From Eledone cirrhosa (Eukaryota), in the NCBI GenBank assembly GCA_964016885.1, contig OZ024740.1, positions 404,798,001-404,862,000 on the forward strand: a DNA stretch of 64,000 bases. Reading direction: 5' to 3'. Every line of letters begins with the position of its first letter. Within the stretch, counting starts at the first letter, position 1. The notes below the pieces were generated by a model. That model had not been told where the DNA came from. It made no database searches and was given only the letters and a program-made list of their open reading frames with translations. Shown here in pieces: positions 15,040 to 26,646 of the stretch. The translations under genes and the position numbers were made by a program.

Positions 15040-15243
15040 CATTGGATTGGCAGTATCGATAGAGTGTCAGACACCATTCTTTGCAGCATAGAGTTATGGC
15101 TCTTTATGTTCTGAGTTCAAATCCCACCGAAGTTAGCTTTGCCTTTCATTCTTAGCACCAGTAACGTACTGGGGATCGATTTAATTTACTTACCCCCCCC
15201 CCCAAAAAAAAAAATTGCTGGTCTTGTGACTATCGTAGAAATC
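15040..15243 (+). mobile_element. tRNA-derived SINE (same family as 13145)
   Basis: TGGCAGTATCG / GAGTTCAAATCC boxes and shared body. Confidence 0.8.
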
Positions 15244-15429
15244 TTTTTTTTTTTTTTTTTTTTTTTACTAGTATTACTAATACCCTGGGTATCTTTATCA
15301 CATTACTTCTATTAACGATTTTTACATAAATGGTAGCAGGATAATATTCGGTTAATTTAAAAATAAAATTGGCCTTCGGATTTTTCCATAGAATGAATTA
15401 GTTCCTCCCGCTTCGCTTAGTGATGTAGT

Positions 15430-16625
15430 TAGATCTATTTTATTCTCTTTGCATACAATCCGCCGATCCTCCCATCTGTCATTCGCTCTACCCTCAGGTC
15501 CAGACTACGCCAGCTAGAATCCATGACGAGTAGACTGAGCCTGATTGATGCCCACCCGGCACTCTTTCTGTTGAAGAACTGCTTCGCCATGCCGAAGCTC
15601 TTATACACCTTCCGAAGTGTCGCCCCCTGCTACAGTTAAGCATCTCTCCTCGTAGATCTTGACGCCTGCATCCAACGGGCTGCTGAGGAGATATACAACG
15701 TCTGGTTTGACGACACAGAATAGCAGCAGGACACCTTACCTATCAAATATGGCGGCCTCGGTCTTCAGTCTCTTGTCCCACTGGACCTGCCTGCTTTCCT
15801 TTTGTCGGTAACCTCTTGCCATGGCTTCATCAACAGGGTTCTCTACAACACAATTAAACCTTCTGTGATGGAGGTGAGCGAGGCGGCCTACGCTACATGG
15901 AACCAGCTCGGCCTCTGCTCTGTCAAAGTCCATCCCTTTCCTCTCTCCGTAGACGTCGAGTCTCCTCAAAAGGAATGGGACGCCATCCTTTTCAACACGA
16001 TTTTAGACGGGATGGTGCGTTGGTTTGACCAGCACAATCTGGCATGTTTCCGCTCGGCCTCCCAACCCCACAGTGATGCCTGGCACTCAACTGGTCAGCG
16101 ACTACTTACGCATTGCTGTTTCCCTGAGGTTCTACCTCTGCGTCTGTGAGTCTCACAAATGTCACTGCGGTACCACTGTGGTCTTTTCGGCCTCCACCCA
16201 GTCATGCCGTTACAGGGCTGACCGCCTCTCCGCCATGCTGCTCTCAACGAGATCATAAAGCATAGTCTGGACGGTGCAGGCTTCCCTTCACAGCTCGACC
16301 CAGCAGGGCTGGACCGAAGGGACGGCTAAAGGCCAGACGGCATGACACCTACTCAAGTGGCAACCTGGTGTGTTCGGCTACTAGCCCAGGCTCTGCTGCT
16401 CACCAAGCCGCTCTCTGATAGGTTTGTGGTAGAGCCTGTAGCAGTGAAGACTTCCGGCGTTCTTGGGCCCCGGACCACATCCCAACCAACTGCTATGAGA
16501 GAGGAAATGGTCGCCCACAGGTGCGAGGTAGAGTCTGTTCCAACGTGTCTCCCTCGCCATCTCCCGGGGCAATGCATTTTCCATCCTGTCGGCCGGGATA
16601 AAGAGGCGGAGGGTAAGTTAGATGG
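15430..16625 (+). mobile_element. CRE-clade non-LTR retrotransposon fragment (RT C-terminus, CCHC finger, restriction-like endonuclease)
   Basis: Broken frames: AHPALFLLKNCFAMPKLLY, LPIKYGGLG, CHCG...RHAALNEIIK...RPDG, PVAVKTSGVLGP. Confidence 0.8.
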
Positions 16626-16984
16626 AAGTGGAGGAAACTCGTTCAGATGTCACTTTCACGCATGTATTGAGTATCTTTTTAACTGTTGTATTTACTAAAA
16701 TAGCTGAAGTAAAAAAGATAAACACATTATGGGAAGAATATTATTTGAACGTTTACACGAGTTACCGTCATGTCTTTCTGTTTTTTAAAGGCAATATTTA
16801 CATATTTATATCTACGTCCATGGATTGATATGTTTCAGTTTCAGAAGATCTCGCTTTAAGGTCAAAGGAGAAATTGTTTGCTTAAACTTTACTGTGGTTC
16901 GTTGTTTCACTCCTGCAGAAATATGAACGTTTATTTACAATAGTTTATAACTTTGCCTATTAATCCGTATGGTGAGCAAATGGG

Positions 16985-17400
16985 GTCCCGCGTGCCCCCC
17001 CCCACAGTCCCGGCGGACAGGATGTAGAAGGCGTTTCACCGGAGGATGGTAAGGGAGATGCGCTGGAAGAGCCATTCCAACTCGTGAGGTTCACACCTGT
17101 GGCTGGCCAGCTCAGCGCCTATGGGGGTGAATAGGGAGGTAGCCCTAGGGCCAAGGACACCAGAAGTCTCCACTGCCAAAGGCACGACCGCGAACCTGTC
17201 GGAGAGCGACCGGTACTTGGAGAGTTTGACCTCCTCAACCCGACGTGCAGCAGTACCTGGGTTAGTTGCAGACTGCACCTGGTTGCGGCTGGAGAAAGTG
17301 TCGCTGCAAGTGGCATTCCAGACGAGGGGTTTGCCACCACGGAACGGAAAGATGGTCATACCGATGGATTGCTTTGTGTTATGGTCACGTTTGTGTAGAG
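16985..17400 (-). mobile_element. CRE-clade endonuclease fragment
   Basis: GMTIFPFRGGKPLVWNATCSDTF...KLSKYRSLSDRFAVVPLAVETSGVLGP...LFQRISLTILR. Confidence 0.8.
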
Positions 17401-17404
17401 TGCA

Positions 17405-18215
17405 GGCGAAGGAGACTGAGAAGTTCCCTGATAAAACGACAGTGATTCCTCCTTTGATTGTTGTGCTGTTCCGGATATCATTCAATGTTCTGTCCAAGGT
17501 CTCCAATGCATGTCTATGCACCATTGTGCATTCATCTCCCAAATTTCCACACATCTTTGCAATACTTAGTTATATGACAGCCCCTGAGTCCTTAGTTATA
17601 TGACACGAACATTTCATTCAAACTGAGGCTCAAGTCCCATTTGAAAGCAGAATTAGCTGCCCGACCTCAAGTGTAGCGACAATTCCAGATGAAGCCATGG
17701 CTAAATCTATTTTTTGGTTTTGTCGAATTTTGAACAACAATAGGTTTATCAAGAAAGTGTTACCAGTTCCACCCAGAGCATCAATAACAAAAATAGACCA
17801 CCATTCTGTTGCGTAATAGACTCAAGTATAATGTTATATACTGCTTTTTGATCATCTAGCAGTTTTGGCTCATTTTCGTAAATAGGAAAGTGTTCTACGT
17901 TGTATGAAGTTTCTCGCACAAGTTCACTCCTTAGTCCATAAAAGTTTTATCGGTGTGAGGAAGACCTAATAAATGCAGAGCAGGTCCATCTATTTCCACC
18001 AGTTTGTCTCCAATCTCTATCAGAACTGTGTTACAATATTCGTTTGAAAAAGTTACTTTTATGTCAGGGTTTCTCAATTGCGCTTGGTTTTTGATTTCAT
18101 CGGACATATCGTCCCTACACTTCAGTAAAAGTGCCGATAAATTGGCTATATCGCAATTTTTTAATATAATTGCGAACAAATTTCGTATATTTTTGGCGGC
18201 CCGAGACAAAGACAA
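17405..18215 (-). mobile_element. Helitron RepHel (PIF1-like helicase) fragment
   Basis: DALGGTGNTFLINLL (Walker A region), AMASSGIVATL, DECTMVHRHALETLDRTLNDIR...GGITVVLSGNF, IRNLFAIIL. Confidence 0.85.
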
Positions 18216-19889
18216 GTGTTACATCCTATTGATTTTTTGAGATCTATAAAGGCAATTTATTTCGAAATATTCCTCATTTCGATTTTCCCACCAGCTCAGT
18301 CTCTAGGTGAACTAAAGGTCGTGACACACAAAATGTTCCTCGTTCCTGCTATAAAGTGGTTGGTGTTAGGAAAGGCATCCAACCATAGAAAACCAAGCCA
18401 AAAACAACGTACGAGCAAGACCTAGTCACCTGACCTGTCTAGCCTCACAACAATACAAGCATGTCTTACAGATGGGGCTTTTAATTTCCTCACTTTCCTT
18501 ATAATTCGTCCCCTTCTTTCATTTATATTATATTAATAATTGGAAACCATTCATGTATTTCTTTCACTCTAAAATAGTAAAAAAAAAAAGAAAAACGTCT
18601 GTAAAAGAAACTTTTCAATAGTGATCCACATAAAAAAAGGTCAGTTGACAAGGGAACTAACTAACGTCTAACAATTGTCAAAAGATAATTTTGTAGAGTT
18701 ATGTACCTTTGAGTAAACATTTGAAATCGTTTATCTTGAATGGTATAAGTGCAGAGGATATGGAATAATTAAATGGTTAAGATACTGGACTTCTAATATT
18801 TATCACACTAGAGGTTTTATGTTGTTTTAACAGACAAGAAAACAAGCTCCAGTATCCTATGTATACCCGAAACACTGAGGATTTAACTCTTCGATTACTA
18901 AAACTACACCAGCATGTCTTTTACTGTCAACCTCCTTTGTCGCCCTCATTTTTCCACTCGGACGTAAACAAAGGATGATGATGATGATAAATACAATAAA
19001 AGACATATATTGATTAAATTTACTTTATTTACTTAATTCGCTTCACAATCTAAACTAAAACATACCATTACGTGTTTAGCAAATGGGGTAGAGTGGGGGG
19101 AGGCAAACACCAGGCGGGGGATGGCAAAATATCAAAAAAACAAAAACAAACAAAAACCTGTACTGGGACACAGAGTTTTAAGAAAATTACACCACTAACA
19201 CACATTTTCAACTACACTAGCAACTTTGTAATATAAAACCAAGTAAAACAATTTCAATCCTGAAGCTGGAACAAAACTCGAAGTTGCATTTAGAAAAACT
19301 TATTGCTCAACTGATGTTCAATTTTTAATCTGGATTTCTTCATAAACAAGTGTAACCACAACTTGAAACTGTTTGGTTTCTGAAAGCAGCAAAGATGTAA
19401 CATCTCACAAACTGAATTCAAAACAGCGACTTGGCAGTGTCATTAGGGTCTTATATTTAAAATGCCTTGCATTTGTTCCTGCTTGCTACACTCTGAGTTC
19501 AAATGTTGCCCCAGGATTCCATCGTTTAAAAAGAGAAGTATGGACAGGTTACACTCGAGCACTACTGATAACATGTAACTCAGTACAACTTGTCACATGG
19601 TCGGCTCATTGGCAACTAAACCAACAAGCCTTTGGTGGAGTACACATGAACACACACACATACACACTCACACACACACACACACATGTACACACACACA
19701 CTCACACATGTACACAGATACAAACACACACACAGACACAAACAGACTCACACACATACACACATAATAAGATGGTTGATAATCTTATAATGAACAATTG
19801 ATATTTGACTCTTCCCTTTATATTGTGTCTTTTGTTTAGTTAATGTTTGTTGTTTTTATATATTTCAGAGCAGTTATATATATATATGT

Positions 19890-21383
19890 GTATGTGCATG
19901 TACATGTGGCTTACCTTTAGCTAGGTACTTTTCCTTCAGCTGCCTCATCAGGAAGAGAGCATCTGCAGTGCTTTTGCCAGGTAGAAATCTGAACTGTATC
20001 TCATCTAGATTTACCCGGTCCCTAATCAGCTGTCTTATAACTCTTTCTGTTAGTTTCATGACCTGGTCCATCAACTTGATGCCTCTGGTATTTTTACCTG
20101 GCCCAAATCCAAACTGCATTTTATCAAGTTTAATTCGGTTGCTAATCAGCTGTGCAATAACTCTTTCTGTGACCTTCATAGCCTGGTCTACCAACTTAAT
20201 ACCCCTATAGTTTTCTCTGTCTAGAGCATCTCCTTTGCCCTTGTAGTTGACGATAATGTTGCTATGCCTGTCATTAGGTATGACTCCATTTTGTATTACT
20301 TGGTTTACTATATGGGTGACTATGATGTGTCCCACCATCCCACACCCTTTCAGCATCTCAGCAACTACCCCCAAAGGTCCAGCTGCCTTGCCTGTCTTCA
20401 TATCTTGGCTTACCTTACTTACTATACTACTACGAACTTGCACAGCCGGTCCTTCTATTGGGTCAACTAGGGGAAAACTATCTTCATCCCATTCATCCTC
20501 CTTATTTAGCAGTCTTTCATAGTGGCACTTCCATGCTACCTTCTTTTCAGCATCAGTGAGGGCAAGTTCTCTGTTATCATCACAGACATACTTCTCCTCA
20601 ACAATATCACAATTTCCCTTGACACATTGTCTTGCAGTCCTGAACACCTCATGTCTTTGGTCCTCGCATTGCAGAACATGCTTAAAATTTTTATCTTCTG
20701 TTTCTGCTTCCCTCCTTGCAAAGTACACTTGTCGCTTAGCTTCTCTCCTAGCCACCTGGTAGTGTTCTGTACCTCCTCCCTCCCACCATTCTTTCTATGC
20801 CCACCTTTTGGCCTTAATTGTCTCCTCCTCCTACTGTTCCACCGCCAAGTACTTCTCCTCCCTAGAGGCTTGCTTCAGCCACAGATTTGTTGCCTTCAGT
20901 AGGTTATCTTTCAGGAATTCCCACTACTCCTCTATATTGTATGTCTCTATTTGCACTACCTTACTATCAAAAGCATCAAGTAACATGCCTCTAAATTTGT
21001 TACTGACTGTGGGGTTCTTCAATATCCACATTCTTCCCTTCAAGATTCTCCTCTGTTGTTGAGTTCGTCTAGTCCTGACTACAAGGTCACTAACTATTTA
21101 GTTATGTTGGGAGATGCATTCTTCACCAGGAAGGGACTTTGTGCTTACAACAGCCACCCTGTCACATCGTCTGGAAAGGATAAAATCAATCTGGCTGGTG
21201 TGTTCCCTTGATCTTTAGGGGATCAAGTGATTGTTTTATTTTTTGAAGTTTGTGTTACAGATAGTTAGGTCATTGGTATCGCAGAACTCCAGGATCCTGA
21301 AACCATCCTTGTTTCTATAACCAAACCCATAACCTCCATAGATCCTGTTGTAGCCATCGCAGTGTTGTCCAACATGCCTATTA
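19890..21383 (-). mobile_element. RTE-clade LINE internal fragment (APE end to RT start), bounded by (TA)n at both ends
   Basis: ORF 19874..20755 (MKTGKAAGP, YKGKGDALDRENYRGIKL, QFGF); upstream APE-type motifs HVGQHCDGY...YGFG and SQIDFIL. Confidence 0.9.
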
Positions 21384-21691
21384 CATATATATATATTTGG
21401 ACAACACTGTGATGGCTACGATGGGATCCATGGAGGTTATGGGTTTGGTACTAGAAATGAGGAAGGTTTATATAAATATATATTTATTCTTGGACTGGGC
21501 GATGCATTGTGTCCTTGAGCAAGACACTTTATTTCACGTTGCTCATTCTTCCAGGAGTTGCGACCAACAGATAGTATCAGCAATGGAAACATTGTTTCCT
21601 TGGTCTGACTTGAGGAGGTCCACACCACTCGACAAGTGAATGAGGTCCAAGATTTTGTTGATTGATTTTCCTCCTTCCTTATATATATACA

Positions 21692-22510
21692 CTAGCAGCA
21701 CTACCCAGCGTTGCCTGGGTAGGTAAAATAATATCCTCTTTGATGAAAAGGTGTTGATCTTAGCAACTGCGAGTTTCTTGAAAATCGGTTGTAAATGGCG
21801 AAATGTTGAGTGAAATCGTATGGAATATGTGGGAGGTGGAAAAAATCGTATTTTGAAGAGTTAAACGGCTGCCACGCCGTCCCTGAACAAAAAATGCAAA
21901 GTATAAAGCTACTATAAGATGTGCAATGATAGGTTCTATCGTAGTATAAACGTTGAACCAAATAAATTGATTTATGTGTGAGGTGGAGCCGAAGTTTCGA
22001 ATTTGAATGAAATCGGTTGAAAAATGTGGGAGCTAGAGCCGAAAATGGGGAAATATGAGCGAAAAGGTGGTATTTTCGAATATTTCAGCGGCTGCCACGC
22101 CGTTGCTGAAGAAAAAATCCAAAATGTAAAGCCACTTTAAGACGTGAAATAATCAGATCTAGCGTAGTGTAAAATTTGAACAAATTAGGTTGATTAATGT
22201 GGGAGCTAGAGCCGAAAAAGTGGAAATTTGAGTCTAAAAGTGGTATTTTTGAATATTTAAGCAGCTGTCACGCCGTCCCTGAACAACAAAGGCAAAATAT
22301 AAAGCCATTACAGGATGTGCAATGATAAATTCTATTTTGCTTTTGTGGGAACTAGAGCCAAAAATCTTATTTTTCGATACCTAAAAAAGTGACCTCCCCT
22401 ATCGATTTTTATCTGCAGAATGACCGCGGAATAAAAAAACGATACGCTGATATATAGAAAACACTCCCCGATGACTAATCTATGAGCCTGTAAAGTTTAA
22501 TGAAAATTCT
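21692..22510 (-). mobile_element. Non-autonomous Helitron with internal ~170-225-bp repeats
   Basis: Minus-strand 3' end CCCAGG-CAACG-CTGGG hairpin followed by CTAG|T; internal repeat gctgccacgccgt...tgaa at ~21868, ~22090 and ~22264; 5' boundary approximate. Confidence 0.7.
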
Positions 22511-22683
22511 CAGGCCGGGTGATGTGTTGTTTCCTTGCAAGCAGGGAAAAAAAGTGGATGTAAAATGAAACGATGATGATATATACACATATATATATAT
22601 ATAACAGAAGTCTGATGAGCTTTTGAATCCAGAGTCAGGTCCGATCAATACAGAACGAACCTTGAGCTGAAGGGCTGGCGTAG

Positions 22684-24458
22684 CAGCATCATTGTTAACT
22701 GCTACAAGGGTAAAGGAGATGCTCTAGATCGGGGAAACTATAGAGGCATTAAGTTAGTTGACCAGGTCACAGAAAGAGTTATAGCGCAACTAATCAGAGA
22801 TCGAATTGATCTAGATAAAATGCAGTTTGGGTTTGTGTCAGGTAAAAGTATAACAGATGCACTTTTCCTTGTACGACAACTACAGGAGAAGTACCTAGCT
22901 AAAAGTAAACCCCTCTACTTAGCTTTTGTTGACTTGGTGAAAGCCTTTGACAGAGTCACACGCTACATTATCTGGTGGGCTTTTAGAAAGTAGATGAATG
23001 GCTTGTGAGAGCTATACAAGCCATGTATAAAGATACAGTCAGTAAGGTTAGAATTAACAATGAATACACTGAAGAATTTAGTGTAAAAGTCAGTGTTCAT
23101 CAAGGCTCTGTCCTTAGCCTCCTCCTATTTATTATTGCCCTTCAGGCTATAACAGAGGAGTTTAAGACTGACTGCCCATGGGAACTTCTATACGCAAATG
23201 ATCTAACGCTCATAGCTGAATCTATGGCTGAACTAGAGAAGAAATTCCAAACATGGAAGCATGGCCTAGAATCAAAAGGCCTTAAAGTTAACTTGTCTAA
23301 GACTAAAGTTCTAGTATGTAGAAAGGAAAATAGGACACAGGTGCCCTCTGGGAAATGGCCATGCTCAGTATGTAGGAAAGGAGTAGGTAGAAATTCCATT
23401 CTATGTCCCAAATGCAAACTATGGGTACATAAAAGATGTAGTGGGATCACAGGCAAGCTATCTAAGAACGTAGATTTTATATGTGGCCGATGCTCAGGTG
23501 CAATCAGTAGCAAGTGCCCACAAGATACTAGCTCAGATGGTTCCATAGAAATAGTGGACACTTCCTGTTATGTGGGTGACAAAATCAGCAGTGGTGGTGG
23601 GTGTTCTGAAAGTACAGTAGCCAGAGTTAGAACGGGATGGAAAAAGTTCAGAGAGCTTATACTGCTGTTGGCCACAAAGATTTTCTCTCTAAAAATGAAA
23701 GGCAGATTGTATGATGCTTGTATATGGACAGCAATGTTACATGGCAGTGAGACATGGGCATTATGTGCAGAGGACCTGCGCAGACTGGAAAGGAACGAAG
23801 CATGCATGCTCCGTTGGATGTGTAATAGTAATATACACGAATGGCAAAACATAAATGAACTAAGTGAGAAATTAGGAATAAGAGGGATCAGATGCTGTTT
23901 AATCGAAAGACGATTACATTGGTACGGTCACATGATGCGCATGAAAGACGACAGCTGTATAAAAAAGTACAGGGCGATCAAAATTGAAGGAAGTTACAGA
24001 GTAGGTAGACCCAGAAAAACCAGATCAGATCAGACAAGACCAGATCAGATCAAACCAGATCAGATCAGACAAGACCAGATCAGATCAAACCAGATCAGAT
24101 CAGACAAGACCAGATCAGATCAAACCGGATCAGATCAGATCAAACCGGATCAAATCAGACAAGACCAGATCAGATCAAACCGGATCAGCTTGGACCAGAA
24201 CAAAATGTTCTTGACTGACTCCATTGAGATGGGTTCAGTGCGGCCATCTGGCCTATCCTTTCTCATAATGGTGCCATCCAGTTCCACACTGTAAATGTGG
24301 TTGGTGTAAGGAAGGGCATGCAGCTGTAGAATCTCCGGTCAAATTCACAGTCCTCGGACTGTATGGCATGGTCAATTCTGGCCTGAATTGTCTCCCAACA
24401 TGGATAACCTGTCTAGAAAAATGGACGCTAAATGGTAATGATGATGATGATGATGATA
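22684..24458 (+). mobile_element. RTE LINE 3' half with (GAT)n tail, disabled
   Basis: ORF 23005..24294 (HQGSVLS, YANDL = mutated YADD); 3'UTR motif ggaagggcat...gctgtagaa; gatgatgat tail. Confidence 0.92.
24020..24200. repeat. (CAGAT/CAGAC/CAAAC)n pentanucleotide array at the end of the RTE ORF
   Basis: Direct inspection; produces the DQIR-type repeats in the ORF. Confidence 0.9.
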
Positions 24459-24598
24459 TACATATACCAACCCCAACCAGCCTGCCATTATTACTGTCAT
24501 ATATTGACTAACAAGCAGTTGATGCCACACATGGAATGCAAGCATTGAAATGAAAATTTAGTAATAGGGTCGATATTCAGAAACCCTTCAATGGACTA

Positions 24599-24703
24599 GC
24601 GTTTTGATGAGAATTCCTTCACCTAGGATTTGCTGATTATTGATCTATTATTAATCAATGACCAGCAGATTCCTCACAGAATTTGAAACAGTACTGTCCA
24701 AGC
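24599..24703 (+). ncRNA. Degenerate type I hammerhead ribozyme with extended stem II
   Basis: TTGATGA (24604-10); stem II gaattc/gaattt enclosing the hairpin aggatttgctg...cagcagattcct; GAAA (24685-88); palindromic stem III ACAGTACTGT; GTC site; stem I poorly paired. Confidence 0.55.
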
Positions 24704-24952
24704 ATACAAGTGTATTTTTGTATTATTTTATCTTCTTGTGTGCTAAACTAGGAGGATACTGGCTGTTTCAATTGATGAAATTGCGAGTACTTTAATATTT
24801 TCATATGTTAATCTGTGGAAACAATAATTCCACTCTCATTTCATGGCTAAGACTCCTGGCTGGGAATGTTGCCTTACAATTGATCCTATGCATATACTCC
24901 AAATGGATTTTCTGAGCAAATTGTAAGCAATGTGGATATCAATCTAAACCCT

Positions 24953-24988
<36 letters not shown>

Positions 24989-25045
24989 AAGCAAATTATA
25001 AATGTAAACATGTAAGTATGTTTTTGAAACGGTGCGCGAGTTTGA

Positions 25046-25223
25046 AAATTAGAAATTAGAAATTATAAGCTTTCACCGTATTTTAGACTAAAGAAATTTC
25101 TAGCCCGTACATGTACGGCAACACTCATCTTTTTCTATTTCTCCGAGGGTTATAAACTCCACTATCGGGCTAGAAATTTCTTTAGTCTAAAATACGGTGA
25201 AAGCTTATAATTTCTAATTTCTA

Positions 25224-25227
<4 letters not shown>
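25046..25227. repeat. 62-bp inverted repeat (58-bp spacer) between (TA)n tracts
   Basis: 25046-25107 is the reverse complement of 25166-25227. Confidence 0.9.
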
Positions 25228-25273
<46 letters not shown>

Positions 25274-25275
<2 letters not shown>

Positions 25276-25805
25276 TATTAGGATTGGTGCTCTGAAATAG
25301 CAATGTATATATGAATGGATGTATAGTAGATTTGGCAATATACCGTATCTTTAATTAAAACCATTTAGAAGACCATACGCTATCAGTTTTAAAGTAGTGA
25401 CTATGTCACTTACTTCTTTTCGGTGAAAGAAAGGGAGAGAAGCTGACAGTCTGTTTCACGCTGTTTCATACGGTATATTGCCTAATACACTATACATACA
25501 TTCATGCATACATCGCTATTTCAGAGCACCAATCCTAATACCAAATTTTTGCTGGACTGGCAATCGCTCTGATTATTACTGGAATTCTATACGAATCCAG
25601 CTTCTATAATTTTTGGCAGAAGCAGGGGAGTGCGTGGCTCTAATAAACGCCAACCAGCGTGAAACAGACTGTCAGCTTCTCTCCCTTCTTTCACTGAAAA
25701 GAAGTAAGTGACATAGTCACTACTTTAAAACTGATAGTGTATGGTCTTCTAAATGTTTTACTTAAACATACGGTATATTGCCAAATATACCATACATACA
25801 TTCAT
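25274..25805 (+). mobile_element. Retrozyme/PLE-pLTR-like element: 300-nt monomer plus inverted junction-spanning copy
   Basis: catacggtatattgcc recurs at 25467 and 25767; 25274-25463 is a diverged reverse complement of 25656-25767 joined to 25468-25542; hammerhead-like motif at 25566-25676; (TA)n on both sides. Confidence 0.65.
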
Positions 25806-25811
25806 ATATAT

Positions 25812-26626
25812 ATCATCATCATCATCATCACCGTTTTACGTCCGTTCTTCCATGCTAGCATGGGTTAGACGGGTTGTCCTGTTGTGGGCAGTGTCTGGTC
25901 GGCTGACCATGCCTTGCTCATACAGGAACTGATCTGGCTTGATTTCTACAGCTGGATGCCCTTCCTAACACCAACCTCATTTACAGTGAGTGCTAGGTGC
26001 TTTTTCGTGGCGCCTACACGTCCACTTTACAGTGTGGGCTGGGTGCTTTTTTGCCGTGGCACCTCCACGACCACCTTGCGGTGGGGGGGTGTGGGGGCAT
26101 ATTGTTTATATGCTTCAGCATGTACCCATGGGAGGTCGGGTACCCTGTATTACTGCGTGACGCCAGAAGTCACGGTCGTGTGTCATTGACTTTGAGAGGT
26201 GTAGTTGGGTAAGGTCGGCTTTTATCACCTCATCCCAAGTCATCTTGGGTCTCCCCACTTCGCGGTTTCCATCAACTTCTAGTGCTCTGCACCTTTTTAT
26301 GCAGCTGTCATCCTTCATACGCATCACATGTCCATACCAGCGTAACCGCCTCTCCTGCACGCAGCATTTGATTCCTCTTATGCTCAGTCTCTCTCTCAAT
26401 TCCTTTATGCTTTGTCGTTCACGTATATTACTGTTACACATCCATCGGAGCATGCAGGCTTCGTTTCTCTCTAATCTACGTAAGTCTTCCACCTTCAGCG
26501 CCCAGGTCTCACTACCATGCAACATCGCTGTTCGGATACACGCATCATACAGTCTGCCTTTCATTCTGAGGGAGAAGCCTTTTGCAGCTAGCAGTGGTAG
26601 TAGTTCCCTAAACTTCTTCCATCCCG
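25812..26626 (-). mobile_element. 5'-truncated RTE LINE
   Basis: TGWKKFREL...LHGSETW...RLRWYGHV...RPKMTW; (GAT)n tail; (TA)n on both flanks. Confidence 0.92.
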
Positions 26627-26646
26627 TATATATATATATATATATT

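Noticed and set aside
17036-17554. 172-aa ORF as a novel helicase-endonuclease fusion protein
   Set aside because: Chance in-frame junction of a decayed Helitron fragment and a decayed CRE fragment; neighbouring frames are broken.
22605-22684. CTGATGA after a (TA)n tract as a hammerhead
   Set aside because: No downstream GAAA or stem III before the RTE sequence begins; at most a truncated half.
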